64,000 bases of DNA from Eledone cirrhosa (lineage: Eukaryota): positions 238,452,001-238,516,000 of the forward strand of contig OZ024741.1 of assembly GCA_964016885.1 (NCBI GenBank), written 5' to 3'. The notes under the pieces were generated by a model. The model did no database searches, had not been told where the DNA came from, and worked only from the letters and a program-made list of their open reading frames with translations. How positions within the stretch are numbered: the stretch's first letter is position 1; each line of letters starts with the position of its first letter. Below, in pieces: positions 1 through 10,577 of the stretch. The translations under genes and the position numbers were made by a program.

Positions 1-354
1 CTTCATATAATCTTCAGATGCCAGATTATATGGGGCTAAATGTCCTTTTCTTCCATCTAGTATTGATACTAATGATATATGAACAAGAATTCCATATATT
101 ATACCCATATTTCTGAAGCCTTTTGCCCAATGTATGATAAATCATGTCATTTATTTCTTTCTTTCTCAAGATATAACGAACATATTTCCAAATATATATT
201 CTTCGATATTACTTTGAATTAATAAGTTGTGTGTGCTAATTAATGGAATTTCATTTTAAAACAGAAGTAATGTTCTAATTTTATTGAAGTATTTATGTTA
301 AAAATAAAATAATCTCCAAGCCAGGATAATTGCAGTTGTGTTAACTTGAGCTTA

Positions 355-443
355 CTATTTTTTATATATTGGTTCTAAATATGTATCTTGTTCATGTTCA
401 CCTTTTGGTGTTGGTGGGATATTTGGTGTGTAGTTACTGTATT
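355..443 (-). CDS. Pcdh: P1 terminal coding exon 3 (EYSNYTPNIPPTPKGEHEQDTYLEPIYKK*)
   Basis: ttttccag| acceptor, in frame with exon 2, ends TAG TAA; conserved in all six genes. Confidence 0.9.
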
Positions 444-559
444 CTGGAAAATAGATAAATACATTATAAATAGTATTAGAAGGGAAAGTTATCTTTATAT
501 GTATGGAAAAATATTCTTTTCTAAATGAAGCAACTATTATCATATTCATTTTTATGATA

Positions 560-808
560 ATAATGAAAATTATTGTGTACAGTTCTCAGGTGCACTACAA
601 CTAATCAAAGGTGCATGTATACTACATAGAATAATGTACAAATGCCAGGAAAGTGAATAGTGTTTGAGTCATGATACATACACATGCATGCATGTGTATG
701 GAGGTGGAATATCAGGTGTGGTGTTGGTGAATTTCAGGAAGCATGGGAGATTTGAATAATGCAGTGTCCCAACAGCTAACACCTGATACAGGTAATTTGT
801 TCTGTGCA
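560..808 (-). mobile_element. CR1-type LINE 3' fragment in P1 intron 2
   Basis: Matches the 3' end/UTR of the CR1 copies at 36800 and 62820; paralogous copies at 9441-9690 and 17550-17685. Confidence 0.8.
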
Positions 809-1027
809 TTATATATATATATATATGGGCATTTTGTTTCTTCTTTCAATTTTATATGACTTTTACCTGATTATATTAATAAACATCTTTTTAAATATTT
901 CATAAAATATTATATAAATATTGTATAAAATACATTAATTACTCTTATATTAGTTAAATATGGTTTAATGATATAATATGTTACAATTGTACCAGTGAAT
1001 TAATAAAAAATGAATATCCACTATTAC

Positions 1028-1175
1028 CTGATGTTTGATGTGTAATATCTCCTTCACTCAAACCCTGTTTATGTTCTCTTTGAGATGGTAATGTATCACT
1101 TAAGTTGTTTGATGTCACAATACTGCTGCTATCACCTTGCTCACAAGACCCATCTGAAATCTGCTTATTGTATAT
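1028..1175 (-). CDS. Pcdh: P1 cytoplasmic exon 2 (IYNKQISDGSCEQGDSSSIVTSNNLSDTLPSQREHKQGLSEGDITHQTS)
   Basis: 148 nt, cag| acceptor and G|GTAATA donor, phase 0 to 1, open frame, repeated behind all six genes. Confidence 0.9.
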
Positions 1176-1716
1176 CTGTTATGAAACAACAAAGATTTCA
1201 ATGCACATTTGAAAGATGAAAGTACATACTATAACTATATATTTTTACATCTTTGCAGAAAAATAATAATTCTTTTTACTGTATCAGAATGTTAAGGAGA
1301 ATTGAGCAAAGTATTTTTAATTTCAACTATCAGCTTTGAAAATAGTAAATATCATATGACTGGTGTTGTATACCTAATCAGAACATCTGTTATTGTTTTG
1401 AGAATCTCTGATATTTAATATATCAAATTGGTTTATGAGATATATAGATCTCTGAAATCAGGATATGAATATATTTGAAATAAATTTTACTGTTATTATA
1501 ATTTTTGTTATCAGAATTGTCAATATTTACTATAACAAATAGTTTCTTATATATAATTCCTTCTTAAAATCAGATATGAATACACTGAGAATAAATTTTA
1601 CTGTTATTATTCAAAGTCGTAGGAAAATATATGAAGAAAATTAAATATGATTGTATATAATTAAATGTAAATACATGAAAAATAATATTTAAGAGGTGGA
1701 TTTACTGCATAGTTAC

Positions 1717-4116
1717 CTGTGGAACAGGTGGAAGTCTTCTGGGTGTTGTTGAGAATTTCCATTCATTAGTTAACTGCTCCATCTCTGGATAATATGGACT
1801 TTTAGGGTTTATTGACTGAAGATTTCTAGCAAATATATCGTCTGCATTTCTGGTTATTGCAACAGGATTGTTAGTGTGATACAGTATTTGTCTCATCTCA
1901 GTCGGAGATAGGAATTTTGGATTATCTATTGTTGTAGGTGAGTTATTGGTGTGATTAATACATCTGAAAACACACAGTGTTATTGACACTACAATAGCCA
2001 CAGATATTATTACAGCTGCTGCTACAATGATAATTACCCAAGTCATATTGAGGTTGTTACCAGTCTGTAAGTGGACTGCAGTCAACATTGGAGATGTATC
2101 ATTACTAACAAACAGTATTAGTATGATAGCAGTTGTTGCTGATTGAACTGGAGTACCACCATCTTTCACTATAAACTGTAGGTCATATGTTCCTGCATCA
2201 TTTTGGTAAACTGTCCGAGAGAAAGATAAGACGCCAGTGTGGGAGTTGACTGTAAACAGGTTTTTATCATTAGATCTCAGTATTCCATATGTGAGGAAAG
2301 CATTGTTTCCAGTGTCTTTGTCAGAGGCTTTCAGAATTGTGATGTCTTTCTTACTGTGTGGATGGTAGTGGACATCTAGATTGTAAGGGTCATTAATAGG
2401 AAAGGTAAAATAGGGATCATTATCATTTTTATCTAGAATCTCAATAACAATATTGGCAGTGTTATTCAGAGAAGGTGTTCCATTATCTTTGACTAAAATC
2501 TGGAAGTTATAGATGTCTTTCACTTCCCGATCTATTGATTGTGATGTAGAAATAAATCCATTTTTTGTAAGTTGGAAAGGAATGTTATCATTGTTGTTAT
2601 CATTGATGATAGAATATGTAAGTTGACCTCCATCTCCAAGATCAGGGTCTGTAGCATTGATGAAGCCAATAGGGAAGTCAACTTTCTGGTTTTCATAGGT
2701 GAGGAATTGGAATGTATCTTTGGTAAAATGTGGCTGTACATCATTAACATCAGTTACTTTGACAGAGAATTGTTTCTTAGTCTTTAACTGAGGTGATCCC
2801 ATGTCATGACATACAATAGATACAACATAGTGATCTATAGTTTCTCTATCAAGAGGTTCTTTCACCAATATTTTATATTCTTTAGAACCCATGTTAGAAA
2901 GTTGAAACATTTTATGTTGAATATTACATTTAATTTGTCCATTAGGTCCACTATCAGTATCAATGACCATAACATAAGCTATAAAACTCCCAATTTTACT
3001 TGCTTCTGAAATAGCTGTAGAGGTTTCTGTTAAAGCAGACACAAAATCTATATTTATAGACGGAGCATTATTTTGATTGCTAATTACATTAATACTTAAC
3101 ATTGCCATAGAACTTAATGAAGGAATTCCACCATCTTTGGCTTCAATGTACAGTTGGTATTTACTTTCTTTATTTCGAAAGAAATCTGCATTGGTGAAAA
3201 TTTCTCCAGATTTGGAATTTAATTTGAAATGTCTTCTTGCATATTTATTTGTATTTCTATGTAAATAGTAGGTGATATTTCCATTTTGACCAGAATCTAA
3301 ATCTGTAGCTGATAAAACAAACACAGGAGAAGATATATGATGTGTATCACTAATGGTTATATTATATAGTTTTTTAGTAAATATAGGTCTGTTATCATTC
3401 ACATCAATAACAAATATTTCTATGTTTAGAAAACCTACTTTTTGTGGTGAACCTCCATCTTTAGCCACTAACTGTAACATATAAGTGTCTTTTAATTCCC
3501 TGTCTAACACTCCTTGTAGAGTAATTTTAAGTATATTCATTCCATCAGTTTCTTTAAATATGGACAGTGAGAATTTTTTACTTTTATCTTTTAGTGTATA
3601 TGTGATGTTAGAATTGGTAACACCATTGTCTTTATCAACAGCATTTGGTATTGATTTTGTCAATCCGTTTGCTTCAGTTTCATCAAACTCTATTTTTATT
3701 TGTTTTTGTGGAAACTCTGGCTGATGGTCATTAATATCTTCTATGAATATTTTAATCTTCAATATCTTCATAAATGTTTCTGATTTTCTTACTGCTACTT
3801 TAACAATTCTGGAACATTCCTTGTTATAAGTACACAGTGACTCAGCATCTAGTGTCTGTGTAGTGTATAGTTTTCCTGTGTTGGTGACATTGAATAAGTT
3901 AGAACCACTTGACACCGTCCTTTGTAGTTGTGTAAATGTAATGAGTGTGTGTTGTTGATGTGTAAGAGAGTGTGTTAAGTTAGAATCAACAGCAATGTCT
4001 CCTATATAGGTGTGAGGACTGTCTTCTTCATTGACATGATAAATAAGATCTAAGGACACAACAGAATATATTAATCCAAAGAGAATATAAATCGGTAGAG
4101 TGCTGATTATAACCAT
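1717..4116 (-). CDS. Pcdh: Protocadherin P1, large coding exon (signal peptide, EC1-EC6, TM, proximal tail)
   Basis: 804-aa ORF with DINDHQP, LDRE, DVNDNRP, ATDxDxG motifs, C-x5-C in EC1 and TM WVIIIVAAAVIISVAIVVSITLCVF. Phase-0 donor CAG|GTAACT after PPVPQ; acceptor ttttctag at 4215-4216 upstream of the ATG. Symbol is family-level only. Confidence 0.96.
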
Positions 4117-4136
4117 TGTTGTAATTCATTATTTAT

Positions 4137-4186
4137 CACCAGTAATGCACTGGCTAATTGCTGGCCTTGTGCCAATAGTAGAAACA
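4137..4186 (+). mobile_element. SINE 3'-tail insertion in the P1 5'UTR
   Basis: accagtaatgcactgg...ggccttgtgccaatagtagaaaca flanked by an attatttat duplication; absent from the P2 equivalent site. Confidence 0.75.
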
Positions 4187-4790
4187 ATTATTTATTGTTG
4201 TATAATCCATATATCTAGAAAAAATAAGGAAATACATTGATATATAGAAATGTTGTTGAGAAATACATATATTCTAAAAAACTAAACTAAACAATAATAT
4301 TTTAAATTTGGATTTAGTTATTAGAAAGATTGAACTTTGTTTTTACTGTTTAGCCAGGAAGTGAAAAGCCATGCTGCTGACACATTCAGGACCTCTATGA
4401 TTTGCAGGAGGGAAGCCAAAATTTATACTCATTTTGGTGACCTGGCTTGGATGCTTGCAATAGAGTTGACTAAATGCATTCAAAGAGCAGGCTCGTTGAG
4501 GGAATATTGGTGAAAGATTAACACAACTAACGAAATTGTCTACAGCTGTATTAAAAATCAGAACACAACTAAAGATTTCTATTAACAGTTGTATAAATGC
4601 ATTACAAATGCATAAATAACATTATAAATTTAAGAAAACTCGGGTATATATGTATAAATGCGTAAATAACATTATAGTTATAGTCTACAAACGTTGTTGA
4701 GTGATTTAGAATCTTTATAATGTTCTAAACAAACTTTAGAATATCCATACATAATTAAAAAGTTAAAACAACATAGATTGAACATCTCAC

Positions 4791-4880
4791 CTATTTTGAG
4801 AATATCTATCGATTTAACTGTCCCCCATTTCTAAACATACAAAATAAGTGGAAGTATATTTCTTTTTGGACGATATATTC
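4791..4880 (-). other. Candidate 90-nt non-coding 5'UTR exon of P1
   Basis: aatttttacag| acceptor and ATAG|GTGAGA donor; same length and splice sites in the diverged copy at 13428..13517. Confidence 0.45.
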
Positions 4881-4953
4881 CTGTAAAAATTATTCAGAAG
4901 TAACCACTAACTCTACAGAATTGCATTTTTGCAATGTACCATCTTGAGATAAT

Positions 4954-4969
4954 AGAGTTATCTGCCCCT
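4954..4969 (-). promoter_or_regulatory. Conserved upstream element AGGGGCAGATAACTCT (P1)
   Basis: Related motif upstream of all six genes in the same orientation. Confidence 0.5.
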
Positions 4970-6199
4970 CCCAATGTTAAATATTTGATACTACAATTTC
5001 TTTGTGGGTGGTCAATATATTGAGAAGCTTCTATGTAAGGTGGAATGACACATTTGTCCAATTCTGTATTCTATTGAAGTATTTTATTTATCTTCTAACT
5101 AATGCACCTCCACAATATGCTATCATTACATGAAATTACTAATTTTATAATAATATGGTGGGCACCGAAAAGTTTCAGGTGAGAATTAGCTTTGTAAAAC
5201 TCTATAGAAATAAATACTGATTTAAAATTATAAATTATCTAACCGATAAATATATATCTATGATCATGGCGCTAAGTTGTTGAATAGAGTTGATCAGCGT
5301 TGGTCATAAAAACATAAAACAGAGATAATCATGCCCAAATATGTGAAACATCAGTCTGTTCTGGTATAATGTTATATTATATATACATTATAATATCTCT
5401 TTGAGGAACAAAGTGAAATTCAGAACATGTTTCTTTTAGATTGTTATATAGTCTGACCTTTTCTGCTTGAACCCTTGTGTTCATAATGATAGTGGAGGAA
5501 AGTAAGTACTGGAAAATAGATTTCTTTATAATTTACAATTAATATCGAAACAGAGATTGAATGTAATATGTCTGTTAATTATTGTGGTTATTTTCTTTTA
5601 TACGTGCAGGTTTTTGTTATTTTTGAAGGCTAGGAGTGTTATTATTTCCAGAGAAACGTAATAATACTGTTCTTGCTTGATATTTATTTTTCTGATTGTT
5701 TGTATTGGATTGTTGATGAAACATATTCCCCATATGTTTCAGTGAACTTTTTAGTTTAAATGTTTCTGTATGTTGTGTTTTTTAATAACATTTGGTAACA
5801 TGAAGTGTATTATTTGTAACATGTATTGTTGTTTTAGTCATGTTTGTGAGAGATTGAATTCGTAGGTAGGGCTGACATAGTTCTTGATGGATGTTTATAA
5901 TTGATTGGAAACTGTGTGTTTATATAAATATAATCTTGACTGAATATTGGTCAGTTTTGTGTATATTGTGTATTTATTGATCATTACAATTTGGTTTTCA
6001 TGTTCACTATATCTTCCTAAGCTTACTGGAATTTCACAAATAGAAAATAAAAATTCTTAAGCTTTACAACATATAGTTTTGTGTTTACAAATCAAATTTG
6101 TCTAGGCCCAACTAAGTAGCAGTAATGCAACAGTACTAACTGATTATTTAATATCTCTTGTGATTCATAATTATTATAGAAAAGTGATCAATATATATA

Positions 6200-7345
6200 C
6201 TCTTCTTCTTTTTTGCTCTTGTTCAATGGAACTGGGGTCATTTTAGGTCAATGATCCCAAAAGTATCATTGTGCATAGAGCCGACCAGATCTACCAGTAC
6301 CCTCCACTTCTGGCAGTCCCATGCCAGCCTTTGTGCATCCTCCAAGTTGATGTTGAGCCACTGGAAATCTTACTTATTCACATCCCTCAATCTGGTGCGG
6401 GGCCTGCCATAGGGTCTCTTCCAGCCTGTAGTTGTTGAACATGAGTAAGGCTCTGGTAGGATGATCTGGTGGGAAGCATGGAGCATGTCCCAACCAGTGC
6501 ATGTGGTGCATGTTTATGAGGCGGAAGGTTGCAGGCTGATCTGTGTATGCAACTCTTTGTTGGAAATGCTGTCATACCATCTGTTGTTCTTGATAGTCCT
6601 CAAAGCCATCAATCCTCTTTGCCAGGGTTTTTGTGAAGGGCCATTCTTCTGCTTCATAGTGGAGAATGGATAGGACCTATGCATTGTAGATATAGCTTCA
6701 TCTTCCAGGAGATAGAGCAGTAGCACTAAAGGGGCTTCCATAGGGAGTGCATGACTCCAGCGGCCTAGCCACATCTGCTGTTGATCTTCATGGTCAGGTC
6801 TCCATTGATGGTGACTCTTGAGCCTAGGTAAATGAAGGAGCTGACAAACTACACAATATAAGGGTCAATATAAAGTGGCATTGGATCTGGGCCATTGCTG
6901 ACATGCATCAGCTTGTTCTTTTCCCAGCTCGCTTGATGGCCAAGCTCTGCTGATTCCTCCCGGCATAGGGTCATTGTGACTCTCAGCTGATCAATCATGA
7001 TGATGAATAGGGTGATGTCATCTGTGTACTCCAGGTTGGTAAGGTGATGGTTCCCAAAGGTAATGCCAGAAACTCATTCATGTTCATCAGGTAGTCAATG
7101 ACACATTTGAAGATGTCAGGGCAGCGCTGTCAGATCTCACTGTTGATGGGGAATCAGTCAGTCCTTTCTGTTCACCTGCATGCAGGTCTTGGCACAGTTA
7201 TAGATCCGTTAGAACAAGGTGGTGATCTTCGGAGACACATCAATGAGCAGAATTTTCCAGTGGTATGCATGGTTGATGAGGGCAGAGATCTCTGTGGAAC
7301 TCCCAAGATCTTTCAATAATGAGATGGAGAACAGGAATGTGGTCC
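6200..7345 (-). mobile_element. Degenerate RTE-like LINE fragment
   Basis: GC-richer block with decayed RT motifs (LEYTDDI, FIYLGS) and a gaagaagag tail; paralogous copy at 14895-15645. Confidence 0.7.
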
Positions 7346-8063
7346 ATAAAACGAGGGACAGAATTTAAACAAATGCCTTTCAAATGAAGATTTTTATTTA
7401 ACTCTATTTGAACATATAGAAACCTGAAGTTATTTATACTTCAGGGCAAAATGAAAGTGACTGAAACAATATCGTCATCATTTTATGTTCTCTTTTTCAT
7501 GATTACATGGTTATAAATATAAAATTATATTGAATTGAATTCTAAGCAAATGCAAATGAGTTTCATTTATATTATAAGAAGCAGAGTGAAGTTAATTGAT
7601 TCATAGAGTATTTAACAATATATATGCAGTGTAATATAATTATTCTGTATCTTGATATTCTCAATCATATACAAGCAGTCCTGATATCATCTATAATTAA
7701 GACACAATTTAAATGAAGAGAAATAATTATATATCTAATGTTCCCTGTTTAACCTGAGTAGTAGAAATATATTTAATATTATATATGAATTATAACAATG
7801 TATATGGAATTATGTTATTAAATACAATAGATTGACAGATCAGTATTTGCATAATGGTCACTGTTAAAAATATCTTTCTTCCCAAAGTAACTACACTACT
7901 ACAGTAGTAATTGCTCTTGTAAATGGCTACATTGCTCTCTGGCTATCTATTATAAAGTATTATCATGAAATACTGTTATATTTATAATCTATTTCTCATA
8001 TCTTCATGTGAAATATATATTCCCAGAGCATCTAATGTAAAATGTCAATATAAAGAGACTTAC

Positions 8064-8230
8064 CTATAATGTTTAATCCTTTGTTTGTGTCTCTTACAGA
8101 AGACATTTATTCTGACGTAGTGTTCCAGTGTAACTGCTGCTGTAGTAGTGTGACAATGGCAGTATCTTGATGATGTAGATTTGTGAGTCATAGTGGGAGC
8201 CAACTACACTTTGGATGATCTTATTTATCT
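8064..8230 (-). promoter_or_regulatory. Conserved module X1: putative promoter/non-coding first exon of P1
   Basis: GATAAATAA, TGACTCA (8184-8190), CAGCAGCAGTTACACTGGA, AG|GTAAGT donor; five copies in the window. Confidence 0.65.
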
Positions 8231-9033
8231 GTACATATTGTATTTATTAAATTTAATTTATTTTACCCAATGTTTCAAATATTAAATAATGAATTTTGCA
8301 ATAAATATTTCTGATTTATACTTAACTACATTAAAATATTTATAAGTGATATTCATTCCTTGTACACGGGATGTTTACAGCACACTAATGTGTACACAAA
8401 TTCACTGAGTGTTATATGTAAAACATTATTTTCTAACCTCAGTGATAATTTCATAAGACTTATTGCAGAGGATTAATCTATAAAATATTTACTAACGTTA
8501 TAAATTATATATATTTTTTTACAATATCTTCTGTTACTTTATTATTTTTTCATAATATAAATAATAATATGAAATATCAATGTGTATTTAAAATGTTAAT
8601 ATTATTATCATCACCATAGTAGAAATGGTAAGTAGTTGGAATAGTGTTCTTCATATAATCTTCGGATGGTAGATTATATGGGGCTAAATGTCCTTTTCTT
8701 CCCTCTAGTATTGATACTAATGATATATGAACAAGAATTCCATATTATACCCATATTTCTGAAGCGTTTTGCCCAATGTATGATAAAAATAAACCAATGA
8801 GGATATTTGGGAATTCTCTAAAATCATGTCATTTAATTCTTTCCTTCTCAAGATATAACAAACATATTTCCAAATACATATTCTTCAATATTACTTTGAA
8901 TTAATAGGTTGTTTACTAATTAATCTAATTTCATTTTAAAACAGAAGCAATGTTCTAATTTTATTGAAGTATTTATGTTAAAAATAAAATAATCTCCAAG
9001 CAGGATAATTGCAGTTGTGTTAACTTGAGCTTA

Positions 9034-9122
9034 CTATTTTTTATATATTGGTTCTAAATATGTATCTTGTTCATGTTCACCTTTTGGTGTTGGTGGGATA
9101 TTTGGTGTGTAGTTACTGTATT
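9034..9122 (-). CDS. Pcdh: P2 terminal coding exon 3
   Basis: 89 nt from acceptor to TAG, same peptide as P1 exon 3. Confidence 0.9.
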
Positions 9123-9243
9123 CTGGAAAATAGATAAATACATTATAAATAGTATTAGAAGGGAAAGTTATCTTTATATGTATGGAAAAATATTATTTTC
9201 TAAATGAAGCAACTATTATCATATTCATTCTTATGATAATAAT

Positions 9244-9427
9244 TGTTTCTACTTTAGGCACAAGGCCAGCAACTACCCAGTACATTACTGGTACTTTATT
9301 TTATCGACCCCGTAAGGATGAAAGGCAAAGTTAACCTCGGCGGGATTTGAACTCAGACTGTAAAGGGACGTAACTATGCTAGAAAGCATGGCGTCCAACC
9401 CTCTACCGATACTGCCAATTCACCGCC
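9244..9427 (-). mobile_element. Full-length tRNA-derived SINE in P2 intron 2
   Basis: A-box TGGCAGTATCGG, B-box GAGTTCAAATCC, 14-nt TSD cttatgataataat; empty site in P1 and P3. Confidence 0.9.
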
Positions 9428-9440
9428 CTTATGATAATAA

Positions 9441-9692
9441 TGAAAATTATTGTGTACAGTTCTCAGGTGCACTACAACTCATCAAAGGTGCATGTATAGT
9501 ACATAGAATAATGTACAAATGCCAGGAAAGTGAATAGTGTATGAGTCATGATACACACACATGCATGCATGTGTATAGAGGGGGAATATCAGTTGTGGTG
9601 TTGGTAAATTTCAGGAAGCATGGGAGTTTTGAAGGATGCAGTGTCCCGACAGCTAACATCTGATGCAGGTAATTTGTTCTGTGCTTCAGTAA
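9441..9692 (-). mobile_element. CR1-type LINE 3' fragment in P2 intron 2
   Basis: Paralogous to 560..808. Confidence 0.8.
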
Positions 9693-9888
9693 CTATGGGC
9701 ATTTTGTTTCTTCTTTCAATTTTACATGACTTTTACCTTGTTATATTAATAAACATCTTTTTAAATAGTTCCCACTAAATATTGTATAAAATACATTAAT
9801 TACTCTTATATTAGTTAAATATGGTTTAATGATATAATATGTTACAATTGTGCCAGTGAATTAATAAAAAATGAATATCCACTATTAC

Positions 9889-10036
9889 CTGATGTTTGAT
9901 GTGTAATATCTCCTTCACTCAAACCCCGTTTATGTTCTCTTTGAGATGGTAATGTATCACTTAAGTTGTTTGATGTCACAATACTGCTGCTATCACCTTG
10001 CTCACAAGACCCATCTGAAATCTGCATATTGTATAT
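9889..10036 (-). CDS. Pcdh: P2 cytoplasmic exon 2
   Basis: 148 nt, AG/GT boundaries, near-identical to 1028..1175. Confidence 0.9.
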
Positions 10037-10577
10037 CTGTTATGAAACAACAAAGATTTCAATGCACATTTGAAAGATGAAAGTACATACTATAACTATA
10101 TATTTTTACATCTTTGCAGAAAAATAATAATTCTTTTTACTGTATCAGAATGTTAAGGAGATTTAAGGAAAGTATTTTTAATTTCAACTATCAGCTTTGA
10201 AAATAGTAAATATCATATGACTGGTGTTGTATACCTAATCAGAACATCTGTTATTGTTTTGAGAATCTCTGATATTTAATATATCAAATTGGTTTATGAG
10301 ATATATAGATCTCTGAAATCAGGATATGAATATTTTTGAAATAAATTTTACTGTTATTATAATTTTTGTTATCAGAATTGTCAATATTTACTATAACAAA
10401 TAGTTTCTATTATATAATTCCTTCTTAAAATAAGATATGATTAAACTGAGAATAAATTTTACTGTTATTATTCAAAGTCGTAGGAAAATATATGAAGAAA
10501 ATTAAATATGATTGTATATAATTAAATGTAAATACATGAAAAATAATATTTAAGAGGTGGATTTACAGCATAGTTAC

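Noticed and set aside
348-357. Possible donor TA|GTAAGC within the stop codon linking exon 3 to module X
   Set aside because: Absent in P4 (TAA TAG GC) and X has no conserved acceptor; more simply a tandem stop. Not fully excluded without RNA data.
395-410. Internal donor AAAG|GTGAAC in exon 3
   Set aside because: Not conserved (GGGAAC in P6), and the downstream peptide is conserved through to the stop.
2532-3724. Short ORFs repeated inside every Pcdh exon (72 aa MxMMYxHILPK..., 71 aa MERNV..., 67 aa MTYNRY...)
   Set aside because: Shadow frames of near-identical coding DNA; recurrence follows from paralogy, and there are no independent signals.
8064-8191. Module X as a coding exon (MTHKSTSSRYCHCHTTTAAVTLEH...)
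   Set aside because: The frame has a TGA in X4, X1-versus-X5 changes are mostly non-synonymous, and splicing to the P1/P2 acceptors hits a stop before the Pcdh ATG. At most a uORF.
9340-9427. tRNA gene
   Set aside because: The A/B boxes belong to a SINE head with a TSD and SINE body; no complete cloverleaf is evident.
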